DNA of 37,921 nt. Origin: a virus. Taxonomy: Duplodnaviria; Heunggongvirae; Uroviricota; Caudoviricetes. The DNA lies in IMG/VR virus record IMGVR_UViG_2713896908_000005; one strand, given 5' to 3'. Under the pieces are notes generated by a model. The model ran no database searches, was not told where the DNA came from, and saw nothing but the letters and a program-made list of their open reading frames with translations. A program made the position numbers and the translations under genes. Positions 8,853-17,681 of the stretch are shown here, piece after piece. Each line of letters opens with the position of its first letter. The stretch's first letter is position 1.

Positions 8853-9135
8853 TTTGAGAAAAGCAGCGCGTGGTCGGGAATGCCAGGTAAGAATCCCTGG
8901 CGTATGTAATGGCAATTCTGAAACGTCTGTACTGGCACATATCCGGCTGGCTGGATTGTGCGGTACCGGTATCAAACCGCCAGACCTGGTTGCCACCATT
9001 GCATGTTCTGCCTGCCACGACGAAATCGACCGCCGCACACATTTTGTCGATGCTGCATATGCAAAAGAATGCGCGCTGGAAGGTATGGCGAGAACACAGG
9101 TTATCTGGCTGAAAGAGGGGGTTATTAAGGCGTGA
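8845..9135 (+). CDS. ybcO: YbcO-like nin-region protein (Cys/His-rich, putative nuclease)
   Basis: Start at internal ATG 8845 (AAGGAGG SD); [34 protein letters not shown]...[10 protein letters not shown] with conserved Cys/His/Asp cluster. Confidence 0.7.
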   Translation: MADLRKAARGRECQVRIPGVCNGNSETSVLAHIRLAGLCGTGIKPPDLVATIACSACHDEIDRRTHFVDAAYAKECALEGMARTQVIWLKEGVIKA

Positions 9136-9494
9136 ATACCTACAGTATCACATTACCCTGGCCTCCGAGCAATAATCGCTATTACCGCCATAATCGCGGG
9201 CGCACGCACGTCAGTGCAGAGGGGCAGGCATACCGCGATAACGTCGCCCGAATCATTAAAAACGCAATGCTGGATATCGGCCTGGCTATGCCTGTGAAAA
9301 TCCGCATTGAGTGCCACATGCCGGATCGCCGTCGCCGTGACCTGGATAATCTGCAAAAAGCCGCTTTTGACGCACTCACTAAAGCAGGTTTCTGGCTGGA
9401 TGATGCTCAGGTCGTTGATTACCGCGTTGTGAAGATGCCTGTTACCAAAGGTGGGAGGCTGGAACTGACCATCACCGAAATGGGGAATGAATGA
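9132..9494 (+). CDS. rusA: Holliday-junction resolvase RusA
   Basis: 120-aa product [31 protein letters not shown]...[10 protein letters not shown] matches RusA as recalled; GTG start. Confidence 0.9.
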   Translation: MNTYSITLPWPPSNNRYYRHNRGRTHVSAEGQAYRDNVARIIKNAMLDIGLAMPVKIRIECHMPDRRRRDLDNLQKAAFDALTKAGFWLDDAQVVDYRVVKMPVTKGGRLELTITEMGNE

Positions 9495-9631
9495 TGTTTG
9501 AGTTTAATATGGCAGAACTTCTTCGCCACCGCTGGGGGCGTCTGCGCTTATATCGTTTCCCCGGTTCTGTTTTGACCGATTACCGAATACTGAAGAATTA
9601 CGCCAAAACCCTGACAGGAGCAGGAGTATGA
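9491..9631 (+). CDS. ylcG: YlcG-like small protein (46 aa)
   Basis: ATG overlapping rusA stop; [46 protein letters not shown]; below ORF-track size cutoff. Confidence 0.55.
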   Translation: MMFEFNMAELLRHRWGRLRLYRFPGSVLTDYRILKNYAKTLTGAGV

Positions 9632-9716
9632 AGTCAGAGATAACAATCAACTAATACTGTTTTGTTGATTTTTGCTTGTAATTGGCGTTCTGGTCTGATT
9701 TTTGTGGAGTAAGTTG

Positions 9717-10067
9717 ATGCGTGATATGTATGAAGTATTGGACCGCTGGGGAGCATGGGCTGCAGCAGATAACAGTGGCGTGGACTGGCAGCCGATAGCA
9801 GCAGGCTTCAAGGGGCTTTTACTTCATGGCAAAAAGTCCCGGATTCAGTGTGATGATGACGAAGGCATTATGATAGACAGTTGTGTGGCTCGGTTGAGAA
9901 AGTATAAACCAGAGGAATATGAGCTAATCATAGCTCACTTTGTCATTGGTATCTCATTACGCACTATTGCCAAGAAGAGAAGATGTTCAGATGGCACGAT
10001 TAGAAAGGAATTGCAAACTGCAATTGGTTTTGTAGAGGGGATTACGAGCGTTATGGCATGTAAATAA
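9717..10067 (+). CDS. late-gene antiterminator Q-like
   Basis: Start at ATG 9717 (GGAG SD); MRDMYEVLDRWGAWAA...IAAGFKGL...CSDGTIRKELQTA resembles the Q antiterminator family of DLP12/phage 82 type as recalled; lies between the nin and lysis regions. Confidence 0.75.
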   Translation: MRDMYEVLDRWGAWAAADNSGVDWQPIAAGFKGLLLHGKKSRIQCDDDEGIMIDSCVARLRKYKPEEYELIIAHFVIGISLRTIAKKRRCSDGTIRKELQTAIGFVEGITSVMACK

Positions 10068-10073
10068 AAGTTA

Positions 10074-10095
10074 AAAGCCACCGTAGTGGCTTTTA
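10074..10095. terminator. bidirectional intrinsic terminator-like hairpin immediately after Q
   Basis: AAAAGCCAC (10074-10082) cgta GTGGCTTTT (10087-10095): GC stem flanked by an A-tract on one side and a T-tract on the other. Confidence 0.6.
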
Positions 10096-10273
10096 ACTTT
10101 TTAGGATTGTGCAGGTAATGTTTTGTTCAATTTAGTAAAGAAGTTAGATTGGCTTGTTACAGTGCGTCGACTCTTTCCAGAAGTACTCAACTGAAAGAAA
10201 TCATTGATGCTTTTGGGTTGAGTTCTTTCATAGGCTTGCTTAAGTGACATGTGTTCCCCTTGTCTATTTGTTG

Positions 10274-11557
10274 CTATGACCGCGAAAAGTAGTGATGGTT
10301 CAGTTCTTTTGCAAAATAGTGCTTACGTTTAACCCAGATAAAACCATCAGCTTTAGAAATGATTGCAACATCTATGGGGCCTCCCACTGTTTCAGTATCA
10401 TCGGAGACCTTGCGCTTGAAAGCGGTTAAATTTACTAATGATTCAGCCATATAAGCTAAATCTTGCTTGGGTAAAAACTCGATCATATTTACGACTTTGT
10501 CAACATAGTTTTCTCGGACAAAGCTATCAATACGCCCCTTGCAATCGGAAACAGTTCTGCGCACTACATCAACTATAGCATCCTTAGCTCCTTCGATATC
10601 TGAAGTAGGCACCAAATCTGTGATTACTGAATCAATACCGTCAAGTAAATCGACGATAGAACGTTGATACTCAGCATGAAGATTTTGGATAAGATGTGAA
10701 CTAGCTCCTTGCATGAAAGCAGAAACTTCATCCTCTTGCGCAAAAGGAGTCACGCCGCAATTAGGAGTGATGCAGCACTTGTCAGCATCTGTAGTTTTCC
10801 TGATTTTATCATTAAAGAAGCCACAAACTTCATATGATAATACTTTAGGGTAATAGTCTTTATCGCCATAACCTGCAATCACAATCCCAGAGACGGAACC
10901 GATATCACTTTGCTTGCATATCATAGCTGCCAAAACATCACTAACTACTTTTGTCAACTGTGGAGTTATGGATATTGGATCAAAGTCACTAAACTTTTGA
11001 GCAATGATGCGTTGGGCAACTGATGAAGCATAGGTTTGGGCTGCTTGTTCATCATCCGGAGTAAAACCATCAAAGTAATTAATATCAGATAATTTTGTAA
11101 GGAGATCGTTGCAATAATTTGTAAGGTCTGTAACAAATTGATTCTTATTGAAGTTAACGAAATATGTTGGTTCGAGACCTTCAGAAAAAGCATCAACAAG
11201 CATGCTGAATACAATCTCGCTCAGGAAGTGATAAAGATGAGCCTCACGCATACCTGGTGTGATGATTGATTTAGCCGACTGTAGATAATTGAAGAAATCC
11301 TCAGCATATTCCTCCAAAGAGTCAAAACATTTAGAGCCTAAATCCTTTCTATAAGCCTTGATGATAAGCTCCCATGGAGCTGTGCAGAGATCACCAGTTC
11401 CATATACCATCAAACCTACAGGATGATGTTTAGTCAGAGCGAAAAGCTTTTCAGCGCCATTATAGATTTTATGTTTGCCGCCTCCAGAAATTGTTACAGC
11501 TGAATCTGCGGCTAAAGCTACTGCGGTCTTGTTAAATACGGCTATTTCTGCTGTCAT
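10274..11557 (-). CDS. uncharacterised 427-aa cargo protein on the opposite strand between Q and the lysis cassette
   Basis: Long minus-strand ORF, markedly AT-rich relative to flanking phage genes; own sigma70-like promoter and a terminator hairpin downstream; no signal peptide, no Walker A, no family recognised by eye. Confidence 0.8.
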   Translation of the reverse strand: MTAEIAVFNKTAVALAADSAVTISGGGKHKIYNGAEKLFALTKHHPVGLMVYGTGDLCTAPWELIIKAYRKDLGSKCFDSLEEYAEDFFNYLQSAKSIITPGMREAHLYHFLSEIVFSMLVDAFSEGLEPTYFVNFNKNQFVTDLTNYCNDLLTKLSDINYFDGFTPDDEQAAQTYASSVAQRIIAQKFSDFDPISITPQLTKVVSDVLAAMICKQSDIGSVSGIVIAGYGDKDYYPKVLSYEVCGFFNDKIRKTTDADKCCITPNCGVTPFAQEDEVSAFMQGASSHLIQNLHAEYQRSIVDLLDGIDSVITDLVPTSDIEGAKDAIVDVVRRTVSDCKGRIDSFVRENYVDKVVNMIEFLPKQDLAYMAESLVNLTAFKRKVSDDTETVGGPIDVAIISKADGFIWVKRKHYFAKELNHHYFSRS

Positions 11558-11572
11558 TTTTTACATAGGGTT

Positions 11573-11600
11573 TATATATTGTGTAATGAGAAAAATACAA
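11573..11600 (-). promoter_or_regulatory. putative sigma70 promoter of the 427-aa gene
   Basis: On the minus strand: TTGTAT (rc 11595-11600) -N16- TATATA (rc 11573-11578), about 15 nt upstream of the ATG at 11557; no strong SD. Confidence 0.4.
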
Positions 11601-11666
11601 AAAAATTAACGCGTACGCAAAAATTCTTGTAATCTGTTAAGAGTGGTTGCTTCGCCACACAGCTTA

Positions 11667-11696
11667 AACCCGCCGTCGAGCGGGTTTTGTCGTTTC
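11667..11696 (+). terminator. tR'-like intrinsic terminator hairpin upstream of the holin gene
   Basis: AACCCGC (11667-11673) cgtcga GCGGGTT (11680-11686) followed by TTTTGTCGTTT; position corresponds to where lambdoid phages carry pR'/qut/tR'. Confidence 0.45.
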
Positions 11697-11839
11697 TGGG
11701 CTTTGGTATTCGTTGGGCTTGGTCTATCTAGCTCTTATCCATTGGCTCGGCTTCTTTTACGTTTCCGCTTCTGATTTGCGGTTCGTGGTACTCCCTCAAT
11801 TTGCACCTCTTGTATCGGCGAGGTGAGAGATAACTACAA

Positions 11840-12166
11840 ATGCCTCATAACCCAAATACCTGGCTGGAGTTGGTCCAGAGCTGGTGGCGTGGAGACACAC
11901 CGCTGGGCGCAGTGATTATGTCGATTGTTATGGCTGGTTTGCGCATTGCCTATTTTGGCGGTGGTGGCGGCTGGAAGCGAAAAACACTCGAAATTCTACT
12001 CTGTGGCGCTCTGACGCTGACTTTTGCATCCGCTCTTGAGTATGTCGGATGGCCTAAATCACTATCTGTTGCCATTGGTGGTGGGGTGGGGCTGATCGGT
12101 GTTGATGCTATTCGTGGGGCTGCAATGAGAGTAATCGGTAACAAGTTTGGTGGCTCTAAGGAGTAA
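11840..12166 (+). CDS. holin (three predicted TM helices)
   Basis: 108 aa; hydrophobic segments LGAVIMSIVMAGLRIAYF, LEILLCGALTLTFASAL, LSVAIGGGVGLIGVDAI and a charged C-terminus; immediately precedes the endolysin. Confidence 0.65.
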   Translation: MPHNPNTWLELVQSWWRGDTPLGAVIMSIVMAGLRIAYFGGGGGWKRKTLEILLCGALTLTFASALEYVGWPKSLSVAIGGGVGLIGVDAIRGAAMRVIGNKFGGSKE

Positions 12167-12169
12167 TTT

Positions 12170-12646
12170 ATGCAGGTACTAAATTCCCAGCGTAAAGCTT
12201 TCCTCGATATGGTGGCATGGTCAGAAGGAACGGATAACGGGCGACAACCGACACGTAACCACGGTTATGATGTTATTGTTGGCGGCGAACTGTTCACTGA
12301 TTACTCCGATCACCCTCGCAAACTTGTCACGCTAAACCCCAAACTCAAATCAACAGCCGCCGGGCGTTATCAGCTTCTTTCACGCTGGTGGGATGCTTAC
12401 CGTAAACAGCTTGGTTTGAAAGACTTCTCCCCCAAAAGCCAGGACGCAGTGGCATTGCAGCAGATTAAAGATCGTGGCGCTTTACCGATGATTGATCGCG
12501 GTGATATCCGTCAGGCTATCGATCGTTGCAGCAATATCTGGGCGTCATTACCCGGCGCTGGTTACGGTCAGTATGAACATAAAATCGGTGACCTGATTGC
12601 CCGATTCAAAGAGGCTGGCGGGGTGGTAAATGACGTTGAGCTATAA
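12170..12646 (+). CDS. R: endolysin, lambda R-type lytic transglycosylase
   Basis: 158 aa; NSQRKAFLDMVAWSEGTDNGRQPTRNHGYDVIVGGELFTDYSDHPRK closely matches lambda R as recalled. Confidence 0.9.
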   Translation: MQVLNSQRKAFLDMVAWSEGTDNGRQPTRNHGYDVIVGGELFTDYSDHPRKLVTLNPKLKSTAAGRYQLLSRWWDAYRKQLGLKDFSPKSQDAVALQQIKDRGALPMIDRGDIRQAIDRCSNIWASLPGAGYGQYEHKIGDLIARFKEAGGVVNDVEL

Positions 12647-13091
12647 GCTGGTTATCGTTGCTTTCTTCGTTACTGTCATTGGTTCTTTCATCTGTTCAGT
12701 GAATCGTTACCACAATAAAGCCATTGAATACAAAATGCAGCGTGATGAGAATGCTATGGCATTAGATTCGGCTATGGCGACCATCTTTGATATGCAGAAG
12801 CGTCAACGTGACGTAGCAGAACTTGACGCCAGATACACAAAGGAGCTTGCTGATGCTAATGCGACTATCGAAAGTCTCCGTGCTGATGTTTCTTCTGGGC
12901 GTAAGCGCCTGCAAGTCGCCGCCACCTGTGCAAAATCAACGACCAGAGCCAGCGGCATGGGCGATGGAGAAAGCCCAGGACTTACAGCAGATGCTGAATT
13001 CAATTATTACCGTCTCCGAAGTGGAATCGACAGGATAACCGCACAGGTTAATTACCTACAGGAATACATCAGAACTCAATGCATGAATTAA
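12630..13091 (+). CDS. Rz: i-spanin Rz
   Basis: 153 aa; N-terminal TM helix, central QRDVAELDARYTKELADA matches lambda Rz as recalled; overlaps R stop. Confidence 0.85.
   Translation: MTLSYKLVIVAFFVTVIGSFICSVNRYHNKAIEYKMQRDENAMALDSAMATIFDMQKRQRDVAELDARYTKELADANATIESLRADVSSGRKRLQVAATCAKSTTRASGMGDGESPGLTADAEFNYYRLRSGIDRITAQVNYLQEYIRTQCMN
12853..13038 (+). CDS. Rz1: o-spanin Rz1 (lipoprotein embedded in +1 frame of Rz)
   Basis: Start at ATG 12853 with AGGAG SD; signal peptide ending in a lipobox-like LGVSAC, followed by proline-rich KSPPPVQNQRPEPAAW; fully embedded in Rz. Confidence 0.7.
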   Translation: MLMRLSKVSVLMFLLGVSACKSPPPVQNQRPEPAAWAMEKAQDLQQMLNSIITVSEVESTG

Positions 13092-13168
13092 AAGAGGCAG
13101 ATTGATCGTGTTTTCGAAGTGTTATACCACGCCCGTTCTGTTAATTTGGCAAAATCTGTTCTGATGCA

Positions 13169-13273
13169 ATGAGTATCGAAAGATTTATTGGACTGGTTGC
13201 TTTGGTTATCACTGTTATCGCTGGAGTTGTTGGCCTAGGGCGTATCCGTGGCACTAGTAAAAGAAGAGGTTAA
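13169..13273 (+). CDS. candidate 34-aa hydrophobic peptide
   Basis: MSIERFIGLVALVITVIAGVVGLGRIRGTSKRRG: one TM helix plus basic tail; below ORF-track cutoff; no clear SD; speculative. Confidence 0.2.
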   Translation: MSIERFIGLVALVITVIAGVVGLGRIRGTSKRRG

Positions 13274-13646
13274 AACTGCTCTGTTATACACTGAAGTTAA
13301 CGCAGCGGCTAAGCACTCAGCAGCAGGACACCGTGTAGAGGCAACGGAAGAGGCCAGAAATATACAGCAGACTATTAACCATATTCCTGGTGACTCTGTT
13401 GAGCGCGGTATGCATAAGAAATACAAACGTACAATTTGAAGTGGTATATTTTTCTTGTTAGTAGATGAATATAATATACCACACAGAATACGATATAATT
13501 ATTGCTCATGCTTACCTAAATATGAAAAACAATAAAGTTATAAGTAGACAAGTGTTTTGTTACTTTTAATAATTGATGTGATGTATATATTAAGATTGAA
13601 AAATTTAATCATTCTTTCCACATATAAATTAAGTGGTTCCCTTAGC

Positions 13647-13675
13647 TTGTCATTTTTGATGATAAGTGAGAGAAT
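13647..13675 (+). promoter_or_regulatory. putative promoter of the three-gene AT-rich cassette
   Basis: TTGTCA (13647-13652) -N17- GAGAAT (13670-13675), preceded by TG (extended -10-like); 25 nt upstream of ATG 13701. Confidence 0.3.
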
Positions 13676-13700
13676 ATGAACATTATATGATGGAGATAAT

Positions 13701-14012
13701 ATGTCAAACATAAAAATCAAACAAGCTATTGAAAAGATTGCGGAGTTCAGAGCAGCATCTGCTGCGATGGCTGATGCTCACATGGTTCTTATTACAGATC
13801 TATTGAACTCAATTGAGGATATCCGCAAAAACTCTGGTGATAATCTCTCTGAGTTTGAAAAAGGACAGGTTGCTCTCTACATAAAAATTAGCCCAGTTGT
13901 GAAAAATGGAATTTCGAGTATTGAAAAATATAATGAGTCTTTAAGTTCAGACTATGTTGAGGCTATGAACTCCTTATCTAAAATTGCGGGAGGGAATTCA
14001 AATGTCGATTGA
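13701..14012 (+). CDS. cassette gene A: hypothetical 103-aa acidic helical protein
   Basis: ATG with GGAGA SD; AT-rich; stop overlaps start of gene B by 11 nt. Confidence 0.6.
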   Translation: MSNIKIKQAIEKIAEFRAASAAMADAHMVLITDLLNSIEDIRKNSGDNLSEFEKGQVALYIKISPVVKNGISSIEKYNESLSSDYVEAMNSLSKIAGGNSNVD

Positions 14013-14388
14013 AGATGTTGGAAGCATCCTTGATAGATTAAAAGTAGCCAGGATCGAAAATAAAAAAATTGAAGAGTCAGCTGGAAAAGCAGAGGAAAAT
14101 GCTGTTAACTCTAAGCATACTGATGGTAAAACACGAAGCGCCTTAACTATTACGTTTCTCTGGTTCTTTTTTTTCCTTCTTATTTTTAGCTGTCTTTTTG
14201 TTCTTTGGTATAATAATTCTGTTGTGAATTGGGCTTTAGAGTTAAAGAGCAAAGGTGTTGATGATTACGTTCAATATTTAAAGCCACTCGAGCTGGAAAA
14301 GGTATTGTCAATAATGATTACTGCCCTTGGTACTTCATTAGGATTTATAATTGGGTATTATTTTAAGGATAAAGAAAATCATTCTTAA
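14002..14388 (+). CDS. cassette gene B: hypothetical 128-aa membrane protein with two predicted TM helices
   Basis: Start taken at ATG 14002 (GGGAGGG SD) rather than 13984; hydrophobic segments ALTITFLWFFFFLLIFSCLFVLWY and VLSIMITALGTSLGFIIGYYF. Confidence 0.6.
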   Translation: MSIEDVGSILDRLKVARIENKKIEESAGKAEENAVNSKHTDGKTRSALTITFLWFFFFLLIFSCLFVLWYNNSVVNWALELKSKGVDDYVQYLKPLELEKVLSIMITALGTSLGFIIGYYFKDKENHS

Positions 14389-14433
14389 TATAGAGTTATC
14401 TCTAAAGATAACGAATTTTAATAGGAGGGCAGA

Positions 14434-14736
14434 ATGTCTGAACTGAATTATGAAGCAATAGGTCGCTGCAAAATCCTTAATGAAAAGATCAAAGATCTTC
14501 ATGCTGAACGAATGAAAGCTATTGGTGATTTACGTACTGCTGTCTATGCCCTTCATCAGAAAGGGAATGTAAACCTCATCCCACCAGAAATTGTTGAATT
14601 CAACCCCCAATCGCTTACATCCCTTGTAGAGAAGATTGGTCACTATGATGGTGAGCTGATGCGAGCTGTACATGAGTACAACAACTGGTGTGTAGAAGCA
14701 GGCGAGAAACCCGTAAAACTTATAAAGCTAGACTGA
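14434..14736 (+). CDS. cassette gene C: hypothetical 100-aa protein
   Basis: ATG with GGAGGG SD; AT-rich; followed by terminator hairpin. Confidence 0.6.
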   Translation: MSELNYEAIGRCKILNEKIKDLHAERMKAIGDLRTAVYALHQKGNVNLIPPEIVEFNPQSLTSLVEKIGHYDGELMRAVHEYNNWCVEAGEKPVKLIKLD

Positions 14737-14761
14737 AACAACAAATTTATGCAAATCATTA

Positions 14762-14785
14762 GCCTCGCACATGCGGGGCTTTTTT
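14762..14785 (+). terminator. intrinsic terminator after the three-gene cassette
   Basis: GCCTCG (14762-14767) cacatg CGGGGC (14774-14779) then TTTTTT (14780-14785). Confidence 0.5.
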
Positions 14786-14821
14786 ATGCGCACCACACAT
14801 GCACATCAAAGAGAGTCTTCA

Positions 14822-15172
14822 ATGCCCCCACGAACCCCAAAAGCCTGCCGTGTTCGCGGCTGCCGCCATACCACGACAGATCCGTCAGGCTACTGCGAAA
14901 GCCACAAAAGCGAAGGCTGGAAGCAATACAAGCCGGGCCAGTCCCGCCATCAGCGTGGTTATGGTTCGAAGTGGGACGTTATCCGCGCGCGTGTCCTGAA
15001 GCGTGACAAAGGCCTGTGTCAGTTATGTCTGCGTGCTGGTGTGGTGCGTGAGGCGAAAACCGTTGACCATATTATCCCTAAAGCGCATGGCGGCACTGAT
15101 GCCGACAGTAATCTGCAGAGTCTGTGCTGGCCCTGCCATAAGGCGAAGACGGCCCGTGAACGGCTAAAGTGA
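14822..15172 (+). CDS. HNH endonuclease (terminase-associated)
   Basis: Start probably ATG 14822 (earlier in-frame ATGs at 14771/14786 lie in or next to the terminator hairpin); CRVRGC...CESH then DHIIPKAHGGTDADSNLQSLCWPCHKAK = HNH motif; directly upstream of terminase small subunit. Confidence 0.8.
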   Translation: MPPRTPKACRVRGCRHTTTDPSGYCESHKSEGWKQYKPGQSRHQRGYGSKWDVIRARVLKRDKGLCQLCLRAGVVREAKTVDHIIPKAHGGTDADSNLQSLCWPCHKAKTARERLK

Positions 15173-15298
15173 TAATAATTCTCAACTGTCTGTGGGGGAG
15201 GGGCGGGTCAAATCCCTGTGACCTGACGTCTTCCGGACTGCCCGCCCCATCGTTTTTTTATACCCGCGAAAAATGAAATTTAACCAGGAGTGCCGCAT
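15173..15298. other. candidate cos / packaging-recognition region between HNH and terS
   Basis: Inverted repeat GGGGCGGG (15197-15204 approx) ... CCCGCCCC (15243-15250 approx) followed by a T-run; by analogy with HK97-type phages where cos lies between the HNH gene and the small terminase gene. Confidence 0.3.
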
Positions 15299-15793
15299 AT
15301 GGCTGGAACGGCGGGGCGTTCCGGGCGTCGCCCCAAGCCAACGGCGCGCAAGGCGCTGGCCGGAAACCCCGGCAAGCGAGCCCTGAATAAAGATGAACCT
15401 GTTTTTACGCCCATCAAAGGTGTTGAGCCACCGGAGTGGTTCGCTGAAGAAGATCTCCCTCTCGCTACGATCATGTGGCAACTGACAACTAAAGAACTCT
15501 GCGGTCAGGGCCTGCTGTGCGTGACTGACCTCGCGGTGCTTGAGCGGTGGTGCGTTGCCTACGAGTTCTGGCGACGTGCCGTGAAAAATATTGCCAGACA
15601 GGGCAACACCATCACCGGTGCAATGGGCGGTATGGTCAAAAATCCGGAGCTGACCGCCAAAAAAGAACAGGAGTCCGAGATGAGCAGTACGGGGGCAATG
15701 CTCGGACTCGACCCCAGCAGTCGCCAGCGTCTGATTGGCCTGGCGGGGCAGAAGAAAGCCACTAACCCGTTTCTGAAAATCATCGAATCATGA
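15299..15793 (+). CDS. terminase small subunit (P27-family-like)
   Basis: Start at ATG 15299 (AGGAG SD 15285-15289); N-terminal [29 protein letters not shown] motif typical of this TerS family. Confidence 0.75.
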   Translation: MAGTAGRSGRRPKPTARKALAGNPGKRALNKDEPVFTPIKGVEPPEWFAEEDLPLATIMWQLTTKELCGQGLLCVTDLAVLERWCVAYEFWRRAVKNIARQGNTITGAMGGMVKNPELTAKKEQESEMSSTGAMLGLDPSSRQRLIGLAGQKKATNPFLKIIES

Positions 15794-17523
15794 GCCGGAA
15801 ATCTTACCCCAACGTAAATGCTGCCAATCAGTATGCCCGTGATGTCGTGCGCGGAAAGATTGTGGCCTGCCAGTTTGTGATTCAGGCCTGCCAGCGCCAT
15901 CTTGATGACCTGATGGAGGAAAAAAGTAAGTCGTTTCGTTACCGCTTCGACAAGGACCTGGCTGAACGGGCCGCGAAATTTATTCAGCTGTTGCCGCACA
16001 CTAAGGGTGAGTGGGCATTTAAGAGGATGCCCATCACGCTGGAGCCGTGGCAGCTCTTTGTGATCTGCTGCGCGTTTGGCTGGGTCAATAAAGGCTCCCG
16101 GCTGCGCCGCTTCCGTGAGGTGTATACCGAAATCCCCCGTAAGAACGGCAAATCGGCAATCTCTGCCGGTGTCGCCCTGTATTGTTTTGCCTGTGATAAC
16201 GAGTTCGGCGCGGAAGTGTATTCCGGTGCCACGACGGAGAAACAGGCATGGGAAGTCTTTCGTCCGGCAAGACTGATGTGTAAACGCACACCCATGCTGA
16301 CGGAAGCGTTCGGGATTGAGGTTAACGCCTCGAACATGAACCGTCCGGAGGATGGTGCGCGTTTTGAACCGCTGATCGGTAACCCCGGTGATGGTTCATC
16401 ACCCCACTGTGCGGTGGTGGATGAATATCACGAGCACGCCACAGATGCGCTTTACACCACGATGCTTACCGGGATGGGGGCGCGACGTCAGCCACTGATG
16501 TGGGCTATCACTACCGCCGGGTACAACATTGAGGGGCCGTGCTACGACAAACGGCGGGAAGTCATCGAGATGCTCAACGGCTCGGTGCCTAACGATGAAC
16601 TGTTCGGGATCATCTATACCGTTGATGAAGGTGACGACTGGACCGACCCGCAGGTGCTGGAAAAAGCCAATCCAAATATTGGCGTGTCGGTTTATCGCGA
16701 ATTTTTGTTAAGTCAGCAGCAGCGTGCGAAAAATAACGCCCGTCTGGCAAACGTCTTTAAAACAAAACACCTCAATATCTGGGTGTCGGCACGTTCGGCG
16801 TATTTCAACCTGGTGAGCTGGCAGAGCTGCGAGGATAAATCACTGACCCTTGAGCAGTTCGAGGGGCAGCCGTGCATTCTGGCCTTTGACCTGGCGCGTA
16901 AGCTGGATATGAACAGCATGGCGCGACTTTATACCCGCGAGATTGACGGTAAAACGCATTACTACAGTGTGGCCCCGCGCTTCTGGGTACCGTATGACAC
17001 GGTGTATAGCGTCGAGAAAAATGAAGATAGACGGACAGCCGAACGCTTTCAGAAATGGGTGGAAATGGGCGTCCTGACCGTTACCGATGGTGCAGAGGTG
17101 GATTATCGCTACATCCTCGAAGAGGCCAAAGCGGCGAACAAAATCAGCCCGGTCAGTGAGTCACCCATCGACCCCTTCGGGGCGACCGGGCTGTCACATG
17201 ACCTTGCTGATGAAGATCTGAATCCCGTCACTATCGTCCAGAACTTCGCCAATATGTCCGATCCGATGAAAGAGCTGGAAGCAGCGATTGAATCGGGACG
17301 CTTTCATCATGACGGCAATCCCATCATGACTTGGTGTATCGGCAATGTGGTCGGCAAAAACATGCCAGGTAACGATGATTTAGTGAAGCCCGTCAAGGAG
17401 CAGGCGGAAAACAAAATCGATGGTGCGGTTGCACTGATTATGACGATCGGTCGGGCAATGCTCAAAGAACCTGACGATTTCCTCTCATCTCTTGATCCGG
17501 ACGATGATCTCTTAATTCTATGA
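15790..17523 (+). CDS. terminase large subunit
   Basis: 577 aa; Walker A-like RKNGKS, acidic nuclease-domain residues; ATGA overlap with terS. Confidence 0.9.
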   Translation: MSRKSYPNVNAANQYARDVVRGKIVACQFVIQACQRHLDDLMEEKSKSFRYRFDKDLAERAAKFIQLLPHTKGEWAFKRMPITLEPWQLFVICCAFGWVNKGSRLRRFREVYTEIPRKNGKSAISAGVALYCFACDNEFGAEVYSGATTEKQAWEVFRPARLMCKRTPMLTEAFGIEVNASNMNRPEDGARFEPLIGNPGDGSSPHCAVVDEYHEHATDALYTTMLTGMGARRQPLMWAITTAGYNIEGPCYDKRREVIEMLNGSVPNDELFGIIYTVDEGDDWTDPQVLEKANPNIGVSVYREFLLSQQQRAKNNARLANVFKTKHLNIWVSARSAYFNLVSWQSCEDKSLTLEQFEGQPCILAFDLARKLDMNSMARLYTREIDGKTHYYSVAPRFWVPYDTVYSVEKNEDRRTAERFQKWVEMGVLTVTDGAEVDYRYILEEAKAANKISPVSESPIDPFGATGLSHDLADEDLNPVTIVQNFANMSDPMKELEAAIESGRFHHDGNPIMTWCIGNVVGKNMPGNDDLVKPVKEQAENKIDGAVALIMTIGRAMLKEPDDFLSSLDPDDDLLIL

Positions 17524-17681
17524 AATCACTAATTGCTGATGTTATCGGGCTGGCTGGTTTTGGCCTGCTTACGTGCGGGGTTTACCTGCAGTTTGGTATG
17601 GCTCCGGCTCTGATGCTGTCCGGTGCTTTACTGCTGGTGGGCGCACTGGCTATGGTCAGAAGGGGGACGCGTGCTGCTTGA
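17520..17681 (+). CDS. candidate 53-aa two-helix membrane peptide between terL and portal
   Basis: ATG overlaps terL stop; [53 protein letters not shown]; conflicts with the longest portal start, so one of the two calls is wrong. Confidence 0.3.
   Translation: MKSLIADVIGLAGFGLLTCGVYLQFGMAPALMLSGALLLVGALAMVRRGTRAA

Noticed and set aside
10966-11214. 82-aa minus-strand ORF in a second frame inside the 427-aa gene
   Set aside because: Fully embedded in the longer ORF on the same strand; low-complexity translation.
10068-11840. Porin (nmpC/lc-type) or Shiga-toxin cargo between Q and the lysis genes
   Set aside because: The only large ORF there is on the opposite strand, lacks a signal peptide and beta-barrel C-terminus, and shows no A/B toxin gene pair.
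14749-15006. Alternative-frame ORFs overlapping the HNH endonuclease gene
   Set aside because: The HNH frame contains the full Cys/His/Asn motif; the alternatives are Pro/Arg-rich without signals.
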